Origin: an uncultured Victivallales bacterium
GTDB lineage: Bacteria; Verrucomicrobiota; Kiritimatiellia; UBA8416; SLMC01
DNA: 41,144 bases
Direction: 5' to 3'
Assembly: GCA_964646045.1 (NCBI GenBank)
Contig: CAZYAW010000105.1
Coordinates: 1-41,144 of the forward strand
The notes beneath the pieces were generated by a model. The model was given only the letters and a program-made list of their open reading frames with translations. It was not told where the DNA came from and did no database searches. This document shows, piece after piece, positions 21,186-30,403 of the stretch. Position 1 is the stretch's first letter. Each line of letters opens with the position of its first letter. The position numbers and the translations under genes were made by a program.

Positions 21186-22669
21186 GCAAAGCTCCAATTC
21201 AGATTGCCGATCAGCCGCGGCTGTCGCTGCGGCGTATCGCCCATATCACGATGGACGGCATTCGCTATCGCGTATTCCGGTGCGCCGTGACGGTGGCGGT
21301 CATCGCCGTTGCCGTCGCCTTTCTGAACAACATCGTGAGCGAGAGCATCGTGAGACGGTCGGTAGGGACCGTTGCCCGACTGCGGCTGCGGCAGGGACGT
21401 CAGGTTCACGAATGGGCGGCACGGCTCACTGCGGCGGGAACGTCGGCCGACCTCCTAAAAGAGGTGGCCGACAGCCGGCCGGGCGATCGCGTCTATCGCG
21501 AGTGCGCCGGCTTTGGACGGTTCGGCGCCGCGGCGATGGCGTCTTTCCACCGCGCGGCCCGCACGGCCGTCGGCTATCTCTCCTTCTTCGAAGACCTGGA
21601 CTACGATCTGCGACGCCGACTGGTGCATACGGATCCCGGTGCGGCCGTTCTCGATCGCCTGGCGACGCCGTCCGGCATGGAGCGCTTCCGCCGCGCCCTG
21701 AACGAGATCAGGGCCGTTCGCTTCGTGTCGTCGCTCGACGCGTTGCAGCAGTTTCTGGACGAACGGTGGCTGCCGTTGAGGCAGGACGCGGAGCGTATTC
21801 TCGCGGGCCGGCGCGCGGCGATTCAGGACGTTGCTCGCGCACGGGCCGGGGTTTCCGTTATCGAGTCTCTCTCGCGCGCGGACGGCGCGTTCGGCGATAC
21901 GATCCGGGGGGCCGGATTCGAGTTCGACTCCGAACGGGTGGCCCCGGCCGTGGCGCGACAGGCCCGCGACCTGCTGGCCATGCGCCGCGTGGAGCAGACG
22001 ATCGAAGCCCAGAGCGTGCGCCGGCTGCTTTCGCGCGACGCCAGAGTCGCCCCGTCGGACGTCACGACCGTGCATCTGTGGCGTTTTCTGCGCAATCGCG
22101 CCCATGCGCGCGCGCTGCTGGCGGAAGAGGCCGAGAGCGTGTCGTCGCTCAAAAAAGTCCTGGAAGAGGACGACCTGGTCGCGCTCTCGGATCGGCGCAG
22201 AGAGGAGCGCGCGCTGACGCGTATCGGACGCGATACCGCCGGTGTCGGAACCGGCTGGCTCGGCATGGGAGAGCGCATCGGGTGGCTGATCGCCGTTTCG
22301 ATGCTGGTGTGCGGAATCGGTATTGCCAATGCCATGCTGGTGAGCGTGACGGAGCGTTTTCGCGAGATCGCCACCCTGAAGTGTCTGGGGGCACTGGACG
22401 GATTCATCCTGCTGCTGTTTGTGATGGAAAGCTGTCTGCTCGGCCTTGCGGGCGGCTTGCTGGGGGCGTTTCTGGGCAGTCTGATCGGCGCAGGCCGGGC
22501 GCTCTGGGAATTCGGTTTCTTTTTGCCGGGCGGCCTGCCGATCGGCGATCTTCTTCTGGGAATGGCTCTGTCGGTCGGCGCGGGAATGGCGCTGGCCGCT
22601 CTGGCCGCGGTATATCCGGCGTTCAAGGCCTCGCGCCTGGCGCCCATGGAGGCCATGCGCATTGACTGA
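21182..22669 (+). CDS. FtsX-family (MacB/LolCE-type) ABC permease with an atypical ~320-aa helical loop domain
   Basis: TM1 is at aa ~34-52. The C-terminal FtsX module reads IANAMLVSVTERFREIATLKCLGA...AAVYPAFKASRLAPMEAMR. The TTG start overlaps the upstream stop, and ATG 21251 is an alternative. Confidence 0.8.
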   Translation: MSKAPIQIADQPRLSLRRIAHITMDGIRYRVFRCAVTVAVIAVAVAFLNNIVSESIVRRSVGTVARLRLRQGRQVHEWAARLTAAGTSADLLKEVADSRPGDRVYRECAGFGRFGAAAMASFHRAARTAVGYLSFFEDLDYDLRRRLVHTDPGAAVLDRLATPSGMERFRRALNEIRAVRFVSSLDALQQFLDERWLPLRQDAERILAGRRAAIQDVARARAGVSVIESLSRADGAFGDTIRGAGFEFDSERVAPAVARQARDLLAMRRVEQTIEAQSVRRLLSRDARVAPSDVTTVHLWRFLRNRAHARALLAEEAESVSSLKKVLEEDDLVALSDRRREERALTRIGRDTAGVGTGWLGMGERIGWLIAVSMLVCGIGIANAMLVSVTERFREIATLKCLGALDGFILLLFVMESCLLGLAGGLLGAFLGSLIGAGRALWEFGFFLPGGLPIGDLLLGMALSVGAGMALAALAAVYPAFKASRLAPMEAMRID

Positions 22670-23414
22670 AACGACGACCATGGAACGCATCATCGTGCGA
22701 ACGATCGATCTCAAGAAGGAGTACGTCATGAAGGGCGTGCTCACGCCCGCTTTGCGCGGGGTGGATCTGGAGATCGCGACGGGCGAGTTCATGGCCGTGA
22801 TGGGACCGTCGGGTTCGGGCAAGAGCACGTTCTTCAACATGATCGGCGCGCTGGATCGGCCGACATCGGGTCGCGTGTTCATCGACGAGGTCGACGTGGC
22901 TCAGCTCACGGCCGAGGAACTGGCCTACGTTCGCTGTCAGAAGATCGGCTACATCTTTCAGACGTACAATCTGATCCCCTACATGACGGCGATCGAGAAC
23001 GTCTCCATCCCCATGGCTTTCGGCGGCGTACCGCCCGACGACGCGCGCGACCGCGGCATGGCGCTGCTGGACCTCGTCGGTCTCAAGGAGCGCTGGTTTC
23101 ATCGTCCGATCGAAATGTCGGGCGGTCAGCAGCAGCGTGTGGCGATCGCCCGTTCCCTGGCCAACGAACCGACCGTTCTGCTGTGCGACGAACCAACGGC
23201 AAACCTGGATCTTGCGACGGGCCGGGAGATTCTGGACATTCTCCAGCGCCTGAACACCGAGCGCGGCGTCACGATTGTCTGCGCCACGCACGATCATCGC
23301 GTCATGAAGATCTGCGACCGTTTGCTGTGGATTCGGGACGGCCGCGTTTCACGACTGGCCAAGCGGAGCGAATTGCGCATTGAGGCCGGATCCATCGGGG
23401 GGGTGGCGGAATGA
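22662..23414 (+). CDS. ABC transporter ATP-binding protein (MacB/LolD/FtsE-type), copy 1
   Basis: [51 protein letters not shown] 22662 is preceded by GGAGG at 9 nt, and ATG 22680 is an alternative. Confidence 0.88.
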   Translation: MTETTTMERIIVRTIDLKKEYVMKGVLTPALRGVDLEIATGEFMAVMGPSGSGKSTFFNMIGALDRPTSGRVFIDEVDVAQLTAEELAYVRCQKIGYIFQTYNLIPYMTAIENVSIPMAFGGVPPDDARDRGMALLDLVGLKERWFHRPIEMSGGQQQRVAIARSLANEPTVLLCDEPTANLDLATGREILDILQRLNTERGVTIVCATHDHRVMKICDRLLWIRDGRVSRLAKRSELRIEAGSIGGVAE

Positions 23415-26400
23415 TGGCAACAGGGAACATCCGGCCGGCGGGGTCGTTCGCCGGCGCGATGCTCGCGGGCCTTCTGTGTCTGGCGGCCGCCGACGCGCGC
23501 GGCGAGCGTTTTCTCGACGACTGCCGCGCTCTGACCGCCGCGCCGCATCGCTTGACGGGCACGGAAGAAGGTCGGGCGGCCGGCGACTACATCCGGGGCC
23601 GCCTGGAGGAGGCGGGGGTGGACCGTGTCCTGGTACAGCCGTTTGCGGTGCCGCAGTGGCGGGTCGAACAATGTTCGCTGACGATGGACGGCGAAGCCGG
23701 AGCGCTGTCGCTGCATCCGTTGCGGGCCAATGGCATTGTGCCCCCCGTGACGCCGCCCGAGGGCCTCGCCGGTCCCGTTGTGCATGCGGGGAACGGATCG
23801 GCGGCCGCCGTGGCGGGCAAGAATTTGCGGGGCTCCATCGTGGTGATGGACTACGACTGCGAAGAGGCGTGGCTGCACGTTTTCCGTCAGGGCGCGGCGG
23901 CCGTCGTATTCGTGCGCGCCGGACCCGCTCGCGCTCAGCAGCGGCTGCATGTGCTGGCCAACGCCAATCTGCCGCGCTTCTTTTACGACGGAGCGGCGTC
24001 GGACCTGACCGAAGGCGGGCGCGCCACCATTCACAGCCGCATTGTTTGGGAGAACAGCGTGGGGCGCAATATTGTCGGCTGGGTGCGCGGCTCCGCGCCG
24101 GAGTTCGGGCAGGACGCGGAAGAAGCGCTCGTGCTGGCCGTTCCGTACGACAGTTTCGGCGAAGTGCCCGGGCGCAGTCCCGGCGCGCGCGGGGCCGCCA
24201 ACTGCGCCGCGCTTCTGCGCCTGGCCGGTCGTCTGTCGGCGCAGCGACCCCGACGGCACGTGCTGCTGCTTTTCCTGGACGGACAGGCCCGCTACCATGC
24301 CGGGGCCCGGGCGTTGGTCCGCGCGTTGGAACCGGTCGACAGCGCCGCCGGTCTGCCGGCGCGTCAGGGCTGGTATCGCAGCGAAGTGGAATTTCTTGAC
24401 GAGATGGAACGGCTGCTCGCGCTCGCGCATCCTTTTCGCGAAAGTTCCGACGCGCGTCGCTCTCTGCTGCAGTCCCTCTCGACTCGGGCCAAGGAACAGG
24501 CCACACTGGTCGCGGACGCCATGTACCGACTGCGTGAAGAAAAGAGAGATTTACGGAACCGGGAGGGAGACGGCGCCGGGGCGGGGGAGGCGGTCCGGGA
24601 TCGCCTGACGCGGATCGACACATTGCTGGCAGAGACATGGCAGCCGCAGCGGGACGCCTGGAGCAACGTTCAGCGCGCGCTGGGTCGGAGCCGACAGGGG
24701 CGCGCCCGCGACGAGACCGGCTCTCTTTCGGCGGCCGAGCAGGCCCTGTTGGACGGGATCGTGCAGGACCAGCGCGCGGAGATCGGCGCTCGTCGGGCCG
24801 AACTCGCGATTACCGGCCGGAACCTGGCGGCCGATGCCGAGATACAGGAACTGCTCGGGAAGCGCGCGATCGTGCTGTATGCCTCTCTTTTGCTGGGAGA
24901 CCGCTCGCCCGCATGGGGCCTGGCCATCGGCGGCGACTCCGGATTGCACTCGGAAAACGATCATCCGGGACTGTACGGACAGATACAGGCCGTCTTCCTG
25001 GAGGCCTTCCAGCGTCTCGCCGCCGCCGACGCTGCGGCGTCGGGATTTGTCCGCCAATCCGCCGACCAGTCTCTCGATCGTACCCGCATGATGTGGGGGG
25101 CGCCCTACATGGTTCATGGCGGCGAGGTGGCGGGTTTGCTGGGCGTCTACAATGTGGCGCTGGTCACGTGCGGAGAGAATATGGAGCGCGAGGGTACCCC
25201 GGACGATGTCCTGGAGGCTCTCGACATCGCGCGGCTGCGGGCGCAGGCGGACGATATCGGGCGCCTGCTCTTCGGCGGCGCGGGGACGCATGCCGTGGCT
25301 AGTCAGGAGCGCCTCTCGCTGCGGCGCGGCGTCAATCCCAGCGCGGGATACAGCCTGGCGCGTTTTGAAAACGGTCGCGTGGTCGGTCCGCGGGTCATGG
25401 GCGCGCTGCCGGGCAGCGCCATGCCCAACCAGCCCGTCCCCGGCGCCATGCTGCAGGTCTTCGCCACGCCGCCGGCCAGTCTGACCTTCCAGACCGCCCA
25501 CCCCTATGCCTTTGAGAATTTCATGGTGTTGCGGACGGATCAGCGCGGGGCGTACAGTCTGGGGCCGCTGGCGGCGCAGCCCTCGCACTTGCGCAACAGA
25601 CTGCGCGCCGTGACCCTCGCCTTCGATGCGCAGGGGGTTCTCGCGTCCGCTTCCGGGCTCAACGAGGAAATCGGGCGCGTCTGGTACCGGATGAACACGT
25701 TCTATTGCCAGTCCGGCGAACAGATTCTGCCGGTCCAGTCGGAAACGCGCCGCCGGTCGAGCGGGGACATCCTCCTGATGTCGGCGCGCAACAACGTCAA
25801 CATCGATCCCGCGCGACATTTCGTCGAAGCCCTGGACGGCGTGGTCGGCTGGTTCTGCGACGACCGGGAGAAGGGGATCAAGCTGTTCGGGTTGTCCCGC
25901 ATGGTCGCGCTGAACAACGGTCCGGCGACCCTGGCTTCCGACCGGCGCGAAACGAACGAAGAAGCCCTGCGGCAAGCCGCCGGAACCGGTTTCCCGCAGG
26001 ACGCGGACTGGCGCGACATTCAGCCGTCCGTCCGCTCCGCAGCGGATTTGTGGCGTTTGAACGACGCGCGGATCGGATTGCTGCGCAGTCGGCAAATCCG
26101 CGACCGCTCCCTGGCCGAACTGCATGCGCGCAGCGAAGACCTCCTGTTGGGCGCGGCGGCGACGACGGATCCGGGGCGTCGCACGGCGCTCGCCGCCGGC
26201 AGCTTTCTGTCGTCCGCGCCGGTGTACAGGGCGACCCGCAAGACGCTGGACGATCTGGTCTTCGCGGTGCTCCTGCTGCTGGGACTCTCCGTGCCCTTCG
26301 CCTTTGCCATGGAACGGGTGCTGGTGGGGGCGCGCACGATCTACCGGCAGATCGTCTGGTTCGGATTGTTTTTCCTGGCCACCTTCACTTTGCTTTATCT

Positions 26401-28312
26401 CGCGCACCCGGCCTTCGCCGTGGCCAATACGCCCATGATCATCTTCCTGGGTTTCACCATTGTCGTGATGTCGGCGCTGGTCATCGGCGTCATCATGCGC
26501 AAGTTCGAGGCGGAACTGCGCGCTCTGCAGGGGTTGTCGTCCAGCGCGCACAGCGCCGACGTGTCCCGGGTGACGACCTTTCTGGCCGCCATGCAGATGG
26601 GGATTTCCACCATGCGGCGGCGTCCTCTGCGTACGGCCCTGACCGCCACCACGGTGACTCTCCTGACGTTTACGATTCTTTGTTTTGCCTCTTTCGCGAC
26701 CCAATTGGGCATTGTCCGTTTTTTCGTCGGGTCGTCTCCGTCGTATGAAGCGGTCTGGATTCGCAGCGCCAGTTGGCAGCCGATCAGCCGGGATTTTGCG
26801 GTCATGCTGCGCGACCGGTGGAACGCCGCAGTCGTTGCGGAACGGTACTGGCTGTCTCCGCGCAACGAGGAACGCGCGGGCGTTCTGCTAACGCGCGAGG
26901 ACGGCACAAGGCCCCTGGCCCTGCGCGGCGTGCTCGGCCTGGATCCGCGCGAAATCGGCCGACGCAAAGATCTGGCCGAGATCTTCGATACGAACCTGGT
27001 CGGACGCGTACTCCTGACCGACACGGTGGCGCACGCGCTGGGCGTACGCGAAGGCGATACGGTGCTGGCGGGCGGTGAACGGCTTGTCGTCGGCCGCCCG
27101 TTCGATCCGGTCAAGGCGTCGGTGGTCGTGGATATGGACGACAGCAGCGTGCTGCCGGTCGATTTTCTTGCCGCCTCGTCCTCGTCCGCACAGGCCGCGC
27201 AAAGCGACGAAAGCGACATGGACGAAACGACGGCCGATTCCAATTGGTCCAATTTGTCTCCGGATTTCGTATTGGTAGTGGACACGGCGACCGCCCGGCG
27301 ACTCGGCGCCGCACTGCAGGCCGTGACGATGTATGCCGAGGGCGAAGCGCAGGCGGCGGAGATGGCCGACGACATCGCGCGCATGGCGACCTTCCCGGTG
27401 GCCGTTACCCTGCGCAACGGCGTCTATCGACAGCGCCTCGGCGTGATGCTGGCGGCCAGCGGCGCCAAGGACCTCTTTTTCCCCATTCTGCTGGGCGGGC
27501 TCGTCGTGTTCGGCACCATGTTGGCGTCCGTCGCCGACCGCGAGCGCGAGATTTACACGTTCAGTTCGCTGGGTCTGGCGCCGCGGCACGTCGCTTCGCT
27601 GTTTTTCTCCGAAGCCACGGTCTACGCCGTGATCGGCGGGATGGGCGGATACCTGATCGCCCAGGCCATGTTGAAAATCCTGACGATTCTGTCCGATCAC
27701 GGCCTGGCCAGGGTGCCGGAAATGAACATGTCTTCGACCAATACCATTGTCACGATTCTGATTGTCATGGCCACGGTTCTGGTTTCCGCCGTCTATCCCG
27801 GGATCAAGGCGTCGCGGTCGGCGAATCCCGGCCTCATGCGTTCCTGGCGTCTGCCCGAGTTGCGGGGCGACGAACTGGAATTCGTCTTTCCCTTCACGGT
27901 CTCGCAGTACGACATTACGGGCGTGGTCAGTTTTCTCCGGGAGCACTTTCAGAACCACGCCGACACGGGCATGGGCCGCTTCATGGCCGAGCATCTCCGC
28001 ATTACGCGCTCGTCCGAGGGCGAATTGGGCTTCGCCGCGGACGTTATGCTGGCGCCGTTCGATCTGGGGGTCGGTCAGTCGTTTGCGCTGACAAGCATTC
28101 CGAGCGGCATTCCCGGCATCGACGAGGTTCGGCTGGTCTTGCGCCGCCGATCCGGACAGCCGCGCGACTGGCATCGCCTCAACAAGGCTTTCATGAACGA
28201 TCTGCGCCGGCAGTTTCTGCTGTGGCGATCCTTGCCGCGCGAAACCATGGATCTGTATCGGCAGCAGACGCTGCAGGAACTGGGAGCAATGAGGACGGCG
28301 TCCGTTTCTTGA
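23411..28312 (+). CDS. 1633-aa fusion: signal/anchor, PA plus degenerate M28 peptidase-like ectodomain, unknown ectodomain, 3 TM, FtsX-type permease module, C-terminal cytosolic domain
   Basis: ATGA-coupled to the upstream ATPase.
- N-terminus: hydrophobic AMLAGLLCLAAADA.
- PA-like segment: GSIVVMDYDCEEAWLHVFRQGAAAVVFV.
- M28-like core: NIVGWVRG...VLAVPYDS...PGARGAANC...LLLFLDGQARYHAG.
- Three TM segments at aa ~948-1030.
- FtsX module: MRRRPLRTALTATTVTLLTFTIL, a ~250-aa loop, then ADREREIYTFSSLGLAP...VSAVYPGIKASRSANPG. Confidence 0.85.
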   Translation: MMATGNIRPAGSFAGAMLAGLLCLAAADARGERFLDDCRALTAAPHRLTGTEEGRAAGDYIRGRLEEAGVDRVLVQPFAVPQWRVEQCSLTMDGEAGALSLHPLRANGIVPPVTPPEGLAGPVVHAGNGSAAAVAGKNLRGSIVVMDYDCEEAWLHVFRQGAAAVVFVRAGPARAQQRLHVLANANLPRFFYDGAASDLTEGGRATIHSRIVWENSVGRNIVGWVRGSAPEFGQDAEEALVLAVPYDSFGEVPGRSPGARGAANCAALLRLAGRLSAQRPRRHVLLLFLDGQARYHAGARALVRALEPVDSAAGLPARQGWYRSEVEFLDEMERLLALAHPFRESSDARRSLLQSLSTRAKEQATLVADAMYRLREEKRDLRNREGDGAGAGEAVRDRLTRIDTLLAETWQPQRDAWSNVQRALGRSRQGRARDETGSLSAAEQALLDGIVQDQRAEIGARRAELAITGRNLAADAEIQELLGKRAIVLYASLLLGDRSPAWGLAIGGDSGLHSENDHPGLYGQIQAVFLEAFQRLAAADAAASGFVRQSADQSLDRTRMMWGAPYMVHGGEVAGLLGVYNVALVTCGENMEREGTPDDVLEALDIARLRAQADDIGRLLFGGAGTHAVASQERLSLRRGVNPSAGYSLARFENGRVVGPRVMGALPGSAMPNQPVPGAMLQVFATPPASLTFQTAHPYAFENFMVLRTDQRGAYSLGPLAAQPSHLRNRLRAVTLAFDAQGVLASASGLNEEIGRVWYRMNTFYCQSGEQILPVQSETRRRSSGDILLMSARNNVNIDPARHFVEALDGVVGWFCDDREKGIKLFGLSRMVALNNGPATLASDRRETNEEALRQAAGTGFPQDADWRDIQPSVRSAADLWRLNDARIGLLRSRQIRDRSLAELHARSEDLLLGAAATTDPGRRTALAAGSFLSSAPVYRATRKTLDDLVFAVLLLLGLSVPFAFAMERVLVGARTIYRQIVWFGLFFLATFTLLYLAHPAFAVANTPMIIFLGFTIVVMSALVIGVIMRKFEAELRALQGLSSSAHSADVSRVTTFLAAMQMGISTMRRRPLRTALTATTVTLLTFTILCFASFATQLGIVRFFVGSSPSYEAVWIRSASWQPISRDFAVMLRDRWNAAVVAERYWLSPRNEERAGVLLTREDGTRPLALRGVLGLDPREIGRRKDLAEIFDTNLVGRVLLTDTVAHALGVREGDTVLAGGERLVVGRPFDPVKASVVVDMDDSSVLPVDFLAASSSSAQAAQSDESDMDETTADSNWSNLSPDFVLVVDTATARRLGAALQAVTMYAEGEAQAAEMADDIARMATFPVAVTLRNGVYRQRLGVMLAASGAKDLFFPILLGGLVVFGTMLASVADREREIYTFSSLGLAPRHVASLFFSEATVYAVIGGMGGYLIAQAMLKILTILSDHGLARVPEMNMSSTNTIVTILIVMATVLVSAVYPGIKASRSANPGLMRSWRLPELRGDELEFVFPFTVSQYDITGVVSFLREHFQNHADTGMGRFMAEHLRITRSSEGELGFAADVMLAPFDLGVGQSFALTSIPSGIPGIDEVRLVLRRRSGQPRDWHRLNKAFMNDLRRQFLLWRSLPRETMDLYRQQTLQELGAMRTASVS

Positions 28313-28358
28313 GAACCCTGTAAGCGGCGGGCGCTACAACGCAGAGGGAACCGACGGT

Positions 28359-30389
28359 ATGTCACGCAACCAACGACACGACATCGACAAGGAACTGCAG
28401 ACGTTTCGGGACGCGATGCAGGTGCCTTCCACCTTCGAGGAGGGTTTCCGCTGGTCCTCGCTGCTGGGAGCGCTGTTCGTGGCGCTGGTCATGGTGCCCG
28501 GAGCGATCTACATGGGATTGCTGGCCGGGGTCGGCATCGGTCCGGCGGCCCAATGGGTCACGGTGATCCTTTTTATCGAAGTCGCGCGCCGCGCGCACCG
28601 ACACCTCTCCAAGTCCGAGATCTTCGTCCTCTACTTCATGGCCGGGGCCATGATGACCGGTCTCGGGATCGGCGTGGACGGCGGACGCATGAACGGCTTG
28701 CTCTGGCGGCAGTATTTTGCCGTCAGCGACGCGGCCCGCTCCTCCGGCATCACCGAGCAATTGCCGGCATGGTACGCGCCGAGTCCCGAATCGGATTCCT
28801 ATGCCCTTCGTTCGTTCCTGCATCCCGCGTGGATGGCGCCGATCGGCCTGCTCGTCTTCGGCACTTTTTTCGGCCAACTGGCCAACCTCGTACTGGGCTA
28901 TGGTCTCTTTCGCGTGACGAGCGACATCGAAAAATTGCCCTTCCCGATGGCGCCGGTGGGGGCTCAGGGCATCCTGGCGGTGGCCGAAGACGTCGAGGAG
29001 AGAACGCGCAAGGACAGCGAACGCTCCTGGCGCTGGCGCGTGTTCGGCATCGGCGGAGCGCTGGGTCTGGTTTTCGGGGCGGTCTACCTGCTTCTGCCGA
29101 CGCTGACGGGCGCCCTGACGACGGCGTCCGTCCAGATCTTCCCCATACCGTTCTCCGATTTCACGCATCAGACCGGGCATTACCTGCCGGCGGTCGCGAC
29201 CGGCATCTCCTGGGATTTCGGGCATCTCGTTTTCGGCATGGTCATGCCTTTCTTCGGCATGCTGGGCAGTTTCATCGGCTTGCTCGTCACGGTGGTGGCC
29301 AACCCCGTCCTGTACGAGGTCGGGTTGCTCAACTCGTGGACCTCGGGGGACGACACCGTCTGGACCATCTTCAAGAACAACGTCGATTTCTACTTCAGCT
29401 TCCAGATCGGCATCGGGCTCGCCATCGCGCTGGTCGGCGTCTATCAGGTCCTGCGGAGCATCCGCCGCGCGAAGGCGAAGAAGAGAGCGGGGAGCATCAT
29501 GGCGCCGCCGCCGGGGCGCGGCGACATCCGGGGAATCTTCGTGGTCCTGTGCTACTTCGTTGTGACCGCCATCTATATCTCGGCGTCTCTGGCTCTGCTC
29601 GTGTGGGACGAGGGGGAGTGGAACGACAACGTCCAGCGGGTTTTCTACGTGCTGCTGGGGCTCGGCCTGGTCTATACGCCGTTGATCAGCTACGTCACGG
29701 CGCGCCTCGAGGGCATGGTCGGCCAGGTGGTGGAAATCCCCATGATCCGCGAGGGGGCCATGATTCTGAGCGGCTACCGCGGCGTGGCCTGCTGGTTCCT
29801 GCCGCTGCCGGTCGCCAACTACGGCCACATGACCGTCTTCTACCGGCAGTGCGAGCTTACCGGCACGAAGTTCACCAGTATCTGGAAGACGAAAGTGATC
29901 CTGTATCCGATCATCCTGATCAGCTCCATCATGTTCATGAACTTCATCTGGAAACTCGACCAGATTCCTTCGTCCGCCTATCCCTATGCCCAGAAGATGT
30001 GGAAACTGCAGGCCGCCAACGAGTGCATTATGCTGTCCTCGACGCTGGGCGACTACTCCATGTTCGAGGAGGCCTTCAACTGGATGTATCTGGGCGCGGG
30101 CACGGTCTTCGGCGGCCTGCTTTTCGGACTGTTGAGCGCGTGCGGGGCGCCGGTCATGCTGGTTTACGGGATTGTGCGCGGTCTGGGACAAAGCATGCCC
30201 CACGCGATCATCCCCCAGTTCATCGGGGCGCTGATCGGACGGTTCTATTTCCAAAAACGGCTCGGTCTGAAATGGCGACAGTATATTCCGGTCGTGGCCG
30301 CGGGATTCTCCTGCGGCATGGGCCTGATTACCACGTTGGGGGTCGGGATCACGTTCCTGAGCAAGGCCGTGATCAAGCTGCCCTTCTGA
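28359..30389 (+). CDS. 676-aa polytopic membrane protein, distantly OPT-superfamily-like
   Basis: At least 14 hydrophobic segments. An EKLPFP motif (aa 191-196) and the C-terminal FIGALIGRFY...YIPVVAAGFSCGMG resemble OPT-type motifs and the two paralogs downstream. GAGGGA lies upstream of the ATG. Confidence 0.7.
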   Translation: MSRNQRHDIDKELQTFRDAMQVPSTFEEGFRWSSLLGALFVALVMVPGAIYMGLLAGVGIGPAAQWVTVILFIEVARRAHRHLSKSEIFVLYFMAGAMMTGLGIGVDGGRMNGLLWRQYFAVSDAARSSGITEQLPAWYAPSPESDSYALRSFLHPAWMAPIGLLVFGTFFGQLANLVLGYGLFRVTSDIEKLPFPMAPVGAQGILAVAEDVEERTRKDSERSWRWRVFGIGGALGLVFGAVYLLLPTLTGALTTASVQIFPIPFSDFTHQTGHYLPAVATGISWDFGHLVFGMVMPFFGMLGSFIGLLVTVVANPVLYEVGLLNSWTSGDDTVWTIFKNNVDFYFSFQIGIGLAIALVGVYQVLRSIRRAKAKKRAGSIMAPPPGRGDIRGIFVVLCYFVVTAIYISASLALLVWDEGEWNDNVQRVFYVLLGLGLVYTPLISYVTARLEGMVGQVVEIPMIREGAMILSGYRGVACWFLPLPVANYGHMTVFYRQCELTGTKFTSIWKTKVILYPIILISSIMFMNFIWKLDQIPSSAYPYAQKMWKLQAANECIMLSSTLGDYSMFEEAFNWMYLGAGTVFGGLLFGLLSACGAPVMLVYGIVRGLGQSMPHAIIPQFIGALIGRFYFQKRLGLKWRQYIPVVAAGFSCGMGLITTLGVGITFLSKAVIKLPF

Positions 30390-30403
30390 AGAGACACGAC
30401 GCT

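Noticed and set aside
19745-23414. Classical RiPP (lasso or PQQ-type) biosynthetic cluster
   Set aside because: A PqqD-like gene and ABC genes are present. There is no radical-SAM enzyme, PqqB/C/E, asparagine-synthetase-like cyclase, transglutaminase-like protease or other maturase in or near the operon.
23513-25328. Active M28 aminopeptidase
   Set aside because: The positions colinear with the zinc ligands are Pro, Gly-Ala and Gly-Gln, so catalysis as a standard M28 enzyme is unlikely. The region is called peptidase-like and degenerate instead.
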